From NCBI GenBank assembly GCA_963696395.1, contig CAVOJZ010000002.1, positions 848,619 to 912,618 of the forward strand: 64,000 bases of DNA, written 5' to 3'. Numbering within the stretch: position 1 is the first letter of the stretch; the number at the start of each line of letters is the position of its first letter. The position numbers and the translations under genes are program-made. The notes under the pieces are model-generated. The model was not told where the DNA came from. It ran no database searches and worked only from the letters and a program-made list of their open reading frames with translations. The stretch is from an uncultured bacterium. Its GTDB lineage: Bacteria > Patescibacteriota > Minisyncoccia > UBA6257 > 2-01-FULL-56-20. Below, piece after piece: positions 37,860 to 47,100 of the stretch.

Positions 37860-37872
37860 CGGCAAACTTATC

Positions 37873-39426
37873 TTAATTGATCGTAAAGATTGAACTGCTT
37901 GGCGTGCCCAATGGAATCTGATCGGCTTGATCCGGCAACAGATAATGAATGTTGTGCTCGGTTTGGCCTTGTGCTGTGAACGAATCGGTGATGAACATGG
38001 TGGTTTCTGCGGGAACCGGAATGCCGCGAGCCAGAACGCCGCCGGCAGTCACGACCACATATTTCGGCGTGTTCAACGGAAGCGCGTTTATTGCCCGCCC
38101 GATCTCCACATAATTCTCGTTAAATGCTCCTGGGACATTCGGATTGTCCGCCCAGACAATAAAATAATCGGTGTAACCAACCGTGCCCACAAGAAGAATA
38201 AAGACTACGCCGACAAAAAGCGCAAATTTTTTATTGGCACGCTTCATCACGCCGTATAGCCACATGCCGGCAATTGCGGCAAAAATCAACGCGGGCGGCA
38301 GCATTAATAAGGAGCGGAGCGCATGCGGAATACCTTCGTCGGATGCCGCGGCGGGAATGGATGCAAAGATAAACCAAAGAAACGTAAGCAGTAAGCCGAA
38401 GGAGGAAAGGGATAAAAGAAAATTATTCTCTATCGCATTTTGAACTGCGCCTTTGCGCCGGCGCCATTTTTTCTGCAAGGTGTATATTCCCAAAATGATG
38501 CCCAATAAAAACAGGATGCCAACCGGCCAGAAAAGTTCAGGCGCACCGCTGATGTTTTGCCGCCAATTACTGTCTCCCCGGAAATTGAATTCAAGGGCCG
38601 TTTTCAAAAGATTGACGCCGAACTCGCGAACCGGATTGGCGTTATTCGTGACTGAGATTTCCGCGGTTCGTCCGAAGAAATCAGCTGGATGTGTGGCAAA
38701 GTAATAGCCGATCGGCGCGGCGACAATGAAGATGGCGACGATGAAAACAGCGGCACGCTTCCAGAATCCTGGATTTTTTCTAAAAAAAGGAATGAAAAGC
38801 AAAAAGATGAGTGGGGTAATACGGAAGGCGATGTATGTATAGAAGCCGAGACCGTAGATAATGCCCGCGAGGATCGCGTAGAACCAGGGAGATTTAAAGC
38901 ACGACCAAAATGACGCGTGGCCAATGGCGGTGCTGGATTTGCCGGAGCGGATCGCTTTTATAAACAGATAGAGCGCCCACGTGAGCAGGAGCGGTGCCAT
39001 AATCGCGCGGAAGCCGATGCGCGAGAAATTTATATGCCAAAAACTGGTCGCCAATAAAAACGCCGCGAGCAGGCCGATCTCATAACCGAAAAGCTCCGCA
39101 ACCAACAGATAAAGGGCGAGCACCGTGAGAACGCCGGAGATTGCCGCCGGCAAGCGAATCACCCACGGTTCATAAATCGGCCAGACTTTCAGGAAGACCG
39201 CGATGACATTCACGTATAAACCTTCGCGCCCATTGTCCTCGGGATAAAAAACCTGGAAGTGCCCGGTCTGTGCCACCTCCGTTGCGTTGTTCCCGTCCAT
39301 CGCTTCATCGGGATAGAGCCCCGGGGGCGTGGACGTTAAATGGTAGAAGCGCAGGAAGGTTGCTATAATGAGGATACCGGCAAGAAGCCAAACCCGGGTG
39401 GACTTGCTCATAAATTTATTATACAT
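37873..39426 (-). CDS. GT-C family 39/83 glycosyltransferase (ArnT/PMT-like polyprenyl-phosphate-sugar transferase)
   Basis: Polytopic protein with the N-terminal loop LYPDEAMDG (DE motif), typical of PMT/ArnT enzymes. Confidence 0.85.
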   Translation of the reverse strand: MYNKFMSKSTRVWLLAGILIIATFLRFYHLTSTPPGLYPDEAMDGNNATEVAQTGHFQVFYPEDNGREGLYVNVIAVFLKVWPIYEPWVIRLPAAISGVLTVLALYLLVAELFGYEIGLLAAFLLATSFWHINFSRIGFRAIMAPLLLTWALYLFIKAIRSGKSSTAIGHASFWSCFKSPWFYAILAGIIYGLGFYTYIAFRITPLIFLLFIPFFRKNPGFWKRAAVFIVAIFIVAAPIGYYFATHPADFFGRTAEISVTNNANPVREFGVNLLKTALEFNFRGDSNWRQNISGAPELFWPVGILFLLGIILGIYTLQKKWRRRKGAVQNAIENNFLLSLSSFGLLLTFLWFIFASIPAAASDEGIPHALRSLLMLPPALIFAAIAGMWLYGVMKRANKKFALFVGVVFILLVGTVGYTDYFIVWADNPNVPGAFNENYVEIGRAINALPLNTPKYVVVTAGGVLARGIPVPAETTMFITDSFTAQGQTEHNIHYLLPDQADQIPLGTPSSSIFTIN

Positions 39427-39826
39427 GAATCAACCGCCGTCATTTGAACAAAAGATTGAATCCGACATGCACCAGCTCGCCGCCGAGATTCAGCGCAACC
39501 GGGAGCATCCGGAATTTCGGCATGAAGGCGAGCGAGCGCTCGTAAAAGAATCCCTGCGAACGTTTCCGCAGGCAGACGCAGGAAGCCCCTTCACGCCTTC
39601 ACCGAACAGTTCAGCGACACACGGACCACTGCCCGCGTACGTCGACGGATCATCGCCCGAGGTAAAGCTTGAAATTGAATATCTCTTGGATGTGGCGCTG
39701 AAGCACGGAATCAGTAAAGCGCTCGCAGAATCCCAAAAATCACCTTATTTTGTGCAGGATGCATTTCATGACGCACTTGCGGGAACGCTCTATCCGGAGC
39801 TGCAGAAGCGGGGGATTGTGAAATGA
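39425..39826 (+). CDS. hypothetical soluble protein
   Basis: ORF only. The ATG at 39425 overlaps the divergent GT39 start codon (cATGa); alternative ATG at 39467. Confidence 0.45.
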   Translation: MNQPPSFEQKIESDMHQLAAEIQRNREHPEFRHEGERALVKESLRTFPQADAGSPFTPSPNSSATHGPLPAYVDGSSPEVKLEIEYLLDVALKHGISKALAESQKSPYFVQDAFHDALAGTLYPELQKRGIVK

Positions 39827-39833
39827 TCTTCCA

Positions 39834-42227
39834 ATGGCATTTTCTATATTCTTTTCCATCACGATCGGGACCGTCGCGGGCATAGCCGTTTATTTTATAC
39901 TTCGTTCGATCACGCGCCGGGCAATATCCGCATCGCTTGCGACCTCAATTTTTTTGATCAAAATTCCGCATGCGGGGCAGGCCGGAGCGGCTGCCGGGTC
40001 GGGCAATTCAGAGCACGCCGATTTTAAAGCCGAACTCGCACATTTTGAACAATTGCTCGGAAGCCTGGCGTCGATCAAAAAACCCGTTATATTCGAACTC
40101 GCTGTTCCGCACGTCGGCGAAGAAATCCATTTTTATCTCGGCGTTCCCAAACTTTCCGCCGAAACGGCGGCAAAACAAATCCAGGGATTATGGAGCGGCG
40201 CAAGCGTTCAGCTCGTGCAGGACGATTTTAATATTTTCAACGTCAACGGTTCTACTGCCGTCGCGGTCATCACCCAAAAAGAAAATTTTGCATTGCCCAT
40301 CAAAACCTATGCTGAACTCGGCGTTGACACCTTCGAATCAATTATCGGCGCGTTTTCAAAAGTGAACGAGGTCGGAGAAGGCGTGGCGATGCAGATGATT
40401 ATGATGCCGGCATCAAGCAATATGAAAAAGACCGTGCAGGGCTATATTAATCTTTTGAAGAAAGGCGAATCTCCCAAAAAAGTTCTGGGCAAAGGCCTTT
40501 CGGTGAGCACGTCCGACGTGATCGAGGTTTTCAACCCGAAGACCAAAGAAGAGAAGCAGGAAGAAAAAGTGGTGGACGAGGAAGCCATCAAGGCACTCCA
40601 AATGAAAGTCGCGAAACCTCTTTTCAGTGTGAATGTGCGTCTTGTGGCATCTGCCGGTTCGCCTTTTCAGGCGAACGACATCGTTGATGGTTTGGCTGCG
40701 GGCTTCAATCAATTTGGCAGCCCGATGAGAAACGAATTCAAAGTGGTAAAGCAAAGGAATCCAAAGGGCCTTATCAATAAATTTATATATCGCTTATTCG
40801 ATCCGGGAACCGCCATGACGTTATCTGCCGAAGAGATCGCAAGTTTTTATCACTTGCCGATTGCTTCTACCGAAACGCCGCATGTGAAATGGCTGAAATC
40901 AAAAGAAGCCCCGGCGCCGGATAATGTTCCCCGAAGCGGCCTCGAGATCGGGGAGAGCGTCTATCGCGGACAAACAAAGCCGATCTATATCACGGACGAT
41001 GATCGCCGCCGGCACATCTACGTTATCGGGCAGACCGGCACCGGCAAATCAACGCTTCTTGGCAATATGATTTTGGAAGATATTAAGGCCGGGAAAGGGG
41101 TTGCGATAATTGATCCGCACGGCGATCTCGTTGAAAATGCGCTTGGCTTTGTTCCGCGCGAACGCCTTGATGACGTGATTTATTTCAATCCCGGAGACCT
41201 TGAGCGCCCGCTTGGCCTTAATATGCTCGATTTCAATTACGATCGCCCTGAAGAGAAGACGTTTATTGTGAACGAAATGCAGAGCATTTTTAACAAGCTT
41301 TTCAGTCAGGAAACGATGGGGCCGATGTTCGAGCAATATATGCGGAATGCACTTTTGCTCCTCATGGAAGACATGCCAAACGAGCCGGCAACGCTTGTTG
41401 AGGTGCCGCGCATTTTCACTGACAGCGCCTATCGCATGCGAAAGCTCGCGCGCATTCATAATCCGGTGGTCATCGACTTCTGGGAAAAAGAAGCCGTGAA
41501 GGCCGGCGGCGAGGCATCGCTCGCCAATATGACGCCGTATATCACTTCAAAGTTCAATAATTTCATTTCGAACGATTATATGCGTCCAATCATCGGTCAA
41601 GCAAAATCGGCATTCAATTTCCGGGAGGTTATGGATAGCGGCAAAATTCTGCTCATCAATCTTGCCAAAGGGCGCATCGGTGATATTAACGCGAATTTAC
41701 TCGGCATGGTCTTTACCGGAAAGATCCTGATGGCTGCGTTATCGCGTGTTGATGTTGCGGACGCCGAGAAACGCCGCGACTTTAACCTTTATATAGATGA
41801 ATTCCAGAACTTTACGACCGATTCGATCGCGACCATTCTTTCCGAAGCCAGGAAGTACAGACTGAACCTCACCATGGCACATCAATTCATTGCCCAACTT
41901 GAAGAAAAAATAAAAAACGCCGTATTCGGAAACGTCGGTTCGGAAATTGTATTCCGCGTCGGTGTTCAGGACGCAGAATTTCTCACCAAACAATTCGAGC
42001 CGGTTTTCGATCAAAACGATCTTTTGAATATAGACAATCTGAATGCCTATGCCAAAATCCTGATTAACGGCCAGACGTCAAAACCCTTCAATATTCATAT
42101 CGGGACAGCCTCCTGGAATGGCGGCGATAAGGCGCTTGCGGCGAAACTAAAGGAGTATTCACGAACCAAATATGGCATGGATCGGCAGGCCATTGAAGGA
42201 GACATCTATAAACGTTTAAGAGAATGA
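39834..42227 (+). CDS. membrane-anchored P-loop ATPase of the VirD4/TraG/HerA (DUF87 AAA-like) superfamily
   Basis: N-terminal TM. Walker A GQTGTGKST, IIDPHGDL, Walker B LYIDEF and a TMAHQ...FRV C-terminal motif typical of T4SS coupling and HerA-like ATPases. Confidence 0.8.
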   Translation: MAFSIFFSITIGTVAGIAVYFILRSITRRAISASLATSIFLIKIPHAGQAGAAAGSGNSEHADFKAELAHFEQLLGSLASIKKPVIFELAVPHVGEEIHFYLGVPKLSAETAAKQIQGLWSGASVQLVQDDFNIFNVNGSTAVAVITQKENFALPIKTYAELGVDTFESIIGAFSKVNEVGEGVAMQMIMMPASSNMKKTVQGYINLLKKGESPKKVLGKGLSVSTSDVIEVFNPKTKEEKQEEKVVDEEAIKALQMKVAKPLFSVNVRLVASAGSPFQANDIVDGLAAGFNQFGSPMRNEFKVVKQRNPKGLINKFIYRLFDPGTAMTLSAEEIASFYHLPIASTETPHVKWLKSKEAPAPDNVPRSGLEIGESVYRGQTKPIYITDDDRRRHIYVIGQTGTGKSTLLGNMILEDIKAGKGVAIIDPHGDLVENALGFVPRERLDDVIYFNPGDLERPLGLNMLDFNYDRPEEKTFIVNEMQSIFNKLFSQETMGPMFEQYMRNALLLLMEDMPNEPATLVEVPRIFTDSAYRMRKLARIHNPVVIDFWEKEAVKAGGEASLANMTPYITSKFNNFISNDYMRPIIGQAKSAFNFREVMDSGKILLINLAKGRIGDINANLLGMVFTGKILMAALSRVDVADAEKRRDFNLYIDEFQNFTTDSIATILSEARKYRLNLTMAHQFIAQLEEKIKNAVFGNVGSEIVFRVGVQDAEFLTKQFEPVFDQNDLLNIDNLNAYAKILINGQTSKPFNIHIGTASWNGGDKALAAKLKEYSRTKYGMDRQAIEGDIYKRLRE

Positions 42228-43342
42228 TCAAATATCTCAGGACGACCAACCCCAAAAAACTTCACGGAACCGCACTTTTGCGGCTCGATTTTAACACCGA
42301 GGATGACTGGCGCATGCAGGCCGTATTGCCAACCATACAATTTCTATTGAAACACGCCGATAAGATTGTAATCGTGAGCCATAAAGGGCGTCCCGACGGA
42401 TTCGATGAAAAATTCAGCCTTCGGAGGAACGCAACACATTTATCTAAGCTCATCGGCCAGAAAGTACAATTTATCGATTATTTCAGGTTTGCCGTCATTC
42501 AGCGCCTGGTCGCTGACGCACCCCGGGGATCCGTTTTCCTCCTCGAAAACCTCCGTTTTTTAAAGCAAGAAGAAAATAACGACCCCGAGTTAGCCCATGA
42601 GCTTGCTCTACTCGCCGATTTTTATGTGAACGATGCTTTTGCCGTGTCCCATCGCGCCAATACATCGGTCGTTGCCGTCACGAAGCTTTTGCCAAGTTAC
42701 GCGGGGTTTGAGCTTGAGCACGAAATTAAATCCTTATCACGGGCCATGGTTCGGCCCAGGCATCCGTTGGTCATGATTCTCGGCGGTGCCAAAGCCGAAG
42801 ACAAGCTTGGCATAATTACTTTCTTTGAAAACAAGGCAGATTGGTTTTTACTCGGCGGCGGTCCTGCGAATACGCTGCTTGCCATGGGAGGCACGGACAT
42901 CAAAAAATCGATCCGGGACACCGCGAAAGAAAGCCTTGCGGTGCTTGAGCGGTTGATGAGTTCAAAAAAAACTGCCGGCAGGATTTTAGTGCCATCCGAC
43001 CTTGTATGGAACGATAATGCGATTTTGGACTTTGGTCCGAAGACGGCAAAACTATTTTCCGCAAAAATAGCGCAGGCGAAAACCATTGTATGGAGCGGGC
43101 CTCTCGGCTTTATCGAAAAAAAGAAATTTGCAAAAGGCAGCATTGCAGTTTCCCGAGCGATCGTAAAAAACAGACACGCGTTCTCGATTACCGGCGGCGG
43201 AGAGACGGTGATGTTTTTAAGAAAATATAAATTCGATAAAAAATTCAGTTTTATTTCAACCGGCGGCGGCGCCATGCTCGATTTCCTCGCCGGGAAAAAA
43301 CTTCCCGGTATCGTAGCTTTGGAATCCGCGCGGCGGAAATAA
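42224..43342 (+). CDS. pgk: phosphoglycerate kinase
   Basis: LRLDFN, VSHKGRP and GGGA motifs. Confidence 0.9.
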   Translation: MIKYLRTTNPKKLHGTALLRLDFNTEDDWRMQAVLPTIQFLLKHADKIVIVSHKGRPDGFDEKFSLRRNATHLSKLIGQKVQFIDYFRFAVIQRLVADAPRGSVFLLENLRFLKQEENNDPELAHELALLADFYVNDAFAVSHRANTSVVAVTKLLPSYAGFELEHEIKSLSRAMVRPRHPLVMILGGAKAEDKLGIITFFENKADWFLLGGGPANTLLAMGGTDIKKSIRDTAKESLAVLERLMSSKKTAGRILVPSDLVWNDNAILDFGPKTAKLFSAKIAQAKTIVWSGPLGFIEKKKFAKGSIAVSRAIVKNRHAFSITGGGETVMFLRKYKFDKKFSFISTGGGAMLDFLAGKKLPGIVALESARRK

Positions 43343-43346
43343 AAAT

Positions 43347-43919
43347 ATGAAGGGAAAGCAAACGCTGATCGTGCTCGAGTTGTTGGCAGTGCAGCCGACG
43401 GGTTCGTACGATCTTTTGCAAAAATTATTCGAAGCCGAATATGAGACGACCTACCGGCGTGAAGTAAAAGAACGAGGACGTGTTCTTGCCGTAAAGCTGA
43501 TGCGCTCCCGGTATCACAATTTTCTTTATAAGTTAATGCGCGATGGACTTATCGTTCAGAAAGAAGAAGGCGCCGGGAAGCATTTTGCCATTTCAAAAAA
43601 AGGCCAATCAAAACTCCTATCATTGCGGGGCAGGGGAACACTTCCCGATAAGAAAAATTATCCGAAAGAGGATGGAGCCGGTTTTACGGTGGTGACGTTT
43701 GATATACCCGAAGCTGATCGGAAAAAAAGGGATTGGTTGCGAAGCGTTTTAAAGCATTTGGGATTTACGATGGTGCATAAGAGCGTGTGGCTGGGGAAAA
43801 CTCGCATACCGATTCATCTTCTGCGCGATCTGCAGACACTCAATCTTTTTGAGCATATGGAGGTATTCCAGGTGTCAAAACTCGGAAATCTCAAAAAATT
43901 TTCAGCGTCGAAGGCTTAA
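43347..43919 (+). CDS. PaaX-like transcriptional regulator: N-terminal winged HTH fused to a Cas2/VapD-fold domain
   Basis: The wHTH (IVLELLAVQPTGSYDL...LMRDGLIV) is followed by FTVVTFDIPEADRKKRDWLRSVLKHLGFTMVHKSVW. That segment matches the Cas2 core and the middle domain of PaaX. Confidence 0.6.
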   Translation: MKGKQTLIVLELLAVQPTGSYDLLQKLFEAEYETTYRREVKERGRVLAVKLMRSRYHNFLYKLMRDGLIVQKEEGAGKHFAISKKGQSKLLSLRGRGTLPDKKNYPKEDGAGFTVVTFDIPEADRKKRDWLRSVLKHLGFTMVHKSVWLGKTRIPIHLLRDLQTLNLFEHMEVFQVSKLGNLKKFSASKA

Positions 43920-44133
43920 GCTGTTTTAGTGCTGCGGCCGGGAATTCATATAGATAAGAGCGAATCCATTCTTCCGTTCGTGGCAACGGATAATTGACGA
44001 TGTTTTTGAAAAGAGACGACAGGCTTGTTGTCGTTTGTTAAAAAAAACGATTCGCATTTTATCATCCGAAAAACGGCAATCGGCTCCTTATGGTTCTGGA
44101 CAATAATAATCTTGCTGGTATTGCAAATCTCCG

Positions 44134-44142
44134 TGCTAAAAT
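44134..44142 (+). promoter_or_regulatory. extended -10 element (TGcTAAAAT) upstream of the giant gene
   Basis: tgctaaaat lies 14 nt before the ATG at 44156. Confidence 0.35.
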
Positions 44143-44155
44143 TTAACTAAAGAGT

Positions 44156-47100
44156 ATGAAAAGACGCCGCGGTTTCCAGAAAACTATTTCGATCGGGGTC
44201 GCCATTTTTTCGGTTCTGATTTTTTTAGCAACTAATTTTGATGTTGCGAATGCACTCACTTACACATTTTCACAAAGCAACTGGAGTGGCGGGGTGAATG
44301 GAGGAACCTTACAATCTCCGACGACAAGTTCAACCCAGTATGCTTCGGTAAGCAATGTGATCGCGGGAACGAATACTATTACGCTCGCAACATCTTCACT
44401 TTCGATTACGCAAACATCCGACGCGGATTTTAATGCAGGGACATTTGCGAGCACCACCGAAACTGGAGTCGCCGCATCGGGAAGCGTTATATTAGTGGCG
44501 GCGCCAGCGGCAACGACTACGCTGGTATATTCCTATACGGGCGCGACATCAACCTTTACGGTTCCGACCGGTGTGACGAGTATCACGATTCACGCCGTGG
44601 GCGCTGGCGGAGAAAATGGTTATGCGTCAGGTGGCGCTGGCGGATCGAGTACGGGAACTTTGGCGGTGACTCCTGGTCAGATATTTTACATCGTTGTCGG
44701 TGGCACTGGCGTTGCTTCCAGTAGTGGAAATTATATCGGAGGGTACGGCGGCGGAGGCAGTGGTTTTGGCGGCGCAGGCGACGGCGGTGGCGGTGGTATG
44801 ACCTGGTTTGGAGCATCGAGCACAATCGGCACGTCAACGTCAACATCCCAGGTCATATTGGTAGCCGGCGGCGGCGGAGGCAGCGGGGAAAATTCCCTTT
44901 ATAGTGGCGCCGCAGGCGGCGGTAGTAGTGGTGCCGCTGCTGGTACTGGCGGCGGTGGTGGCACCCAGGTCGCCGGAGGCGCCGCAGGTGCTGGCGGAGG
45001 CGATAGCGCAGGTTCTTTCGGACAGGGTGGCAACTCTCCACCGGCTGCTGGCCAGGGTGGTGGTGGTGGTGGTGGCTATTTCGGGGGCGGCGGCGGCAGT
45101 TGTAATTCGGGCTGTAGTAATAGTGCCGGCGGCGGCGGATCCGGCTTTATAAAAAACACGCTTACGAATGCAACGACGACTCTCGGAACTGGTGCGGCGT
45201 CCTCCACGAATGGATCGCTTACCATTACCTATGGACCAGCTCGCGTCACTTCGTATTCCTATACGGGCGCGACATCAACTTTTACGGTTCCGACCGGTGT
45301 GACGAGCATCACGATTCACGCCGTGGGCGCAACCGTAGCCGCTTCCGCTAGCGAAGGGGGCGCGAGTACAGGTACTCTCGCGGTAACTCCGGGACAAACA
45401 TACTATATTGTTGTTGGTGGGCAGAATTCGGGGGCCAACGGGGGATATGGGGGAGGCGGAACCGGTGCTATCAATGGCGGGGCGGGAATGACCTGGTTCG
45501 GGGCGTCGAGTACGATTGGCACATCAACATCCACATCACAGGTCATATTGGTCGCCGGCGGTGGTGGTAGCGACGGTGTTGGTGGTGGCGCCAACGGTGG
45601 TAGCGAGGGTTCCGGCGGCGGTGGCGGCGGCGGTACTCAGTTAGCCGGTGGCGCTGGCGGCATTGATGAATCCGATGGCAATCCGGGATCTTTCGGCCGA
45701 GGCGGCAGTGAGTCAGGCAACGGCGGCGGCGATGGCGGCGGCGGCGGATACTTTGGCGGCGGACAGGGCGGATATTACGAAGATGGAGGTACAAGCGATG
45801 CCGGCGGCGGCGGATCCGGCTTTATAAAAAACACGCTTACGAATGCAACGACGACTCAGGGAATTATCGGTCCCTCCGGGAACGGTTCTTTGAGCGTCAC
45901 CGATATTCCGCCGGGTCTTTACGTTGCCTCGGGCACATTCGTTTCTTCAGCAATCAATGCCACCAATTTTTCATGGGGAACGATCTCTTGGGTGAATAGC
46001 GGCTCGGCGTCAACGACGATCACCATGCAGGCGCGTTCGGCGGCTACGAGTGCGGGATTGTCCGCAAAGGCGTGGGGAAGTTGCGCTGCAATCACAAGCG
46101 GCGGATTGCTCACAAGTGGGAACTGCGTGACGAACGGAGATTCATATATCCAATACCAGGCAACGCTTTCCACGGCAAGTTCGACGCAAAGCCCATCTCT
46201 TGATAGCGTGACTATGACCTATGTAGGATACGTCGCTTCCGGAACACTCGTTTCGCAACCATTCAACACTGGTGATCCAACCGACGCAATTGGTGAGCTT
46301 GATTGGACCGAAGCAACATCGACTGGTGCGGGTGTCACGGTGTCGCTACGCTCGGCTTCAACCTCCGCAGGACTTTCGTCAGCGAGTTGGCAGAATTTCA
46401 CCGATCAGACTCCGGGAGCGACAAATGTCGCCGTAACGTCTTCTATTTACACACACACCACTCAAGGAGAACAGACAAACGACGGTAGTAACTGCAATGA
46501 TGAAATAGGCACACAATTCAACACCTCACAAAATGGAAGTATCACTGCGATTCAGTTCTATAAAGATCCAAATGACACCATTACTCATATTGGAAACATC
46601 TGGGATGCTTCCACGACGGCGCTTCTTGCCTCCACTACCTTTATCAATGAATCTGCTTCTGGGTGGCAGACGCAAAATCTAGCATCGCCCCTTTCCGTTA
46701 CTGCCGGAAAACAGTACATCGTTTCCTATGGATCTAAAGTGTGCCCTTCAACTGCGTCAGGCGTATTACCCCTGACAAATGGCCCGCTGACACTTCCCGT
46801 AAGTGCGCACGCGTACTATGCTGGGCTTAATAAACTTGACGCTTTTCCAAACACACACGAAATCAATGGCATATATGATTTGACCGATGTCGTCTTTTCT
46901 TATCAGGTTGCATCAAATGTCACCGTCCCCAACGCCGTCATTCCCTCAGCTTTAGAGTCCAACTCTCAATACTGGCAATATATGGTGACTGAAAGTTCGA
47001 CGGGTGCTTCAACTCCGACCGTTTCGAATGTGACGGTAAAATATGTTATCAATGCTCCGCCACAATTTAACACGGCAATTGGTGGCGGGACTGGCGTTGC

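Noticed and set aside
43347-43919. Possible CRISPR-associated Cas2
   Set aside because: The Cas2-fold domain is fused to an N-terminal wHTH, as in PaaX regulators. There is no CRISPR array, cas1 or any repeat-spacer structure anywhere in the window.
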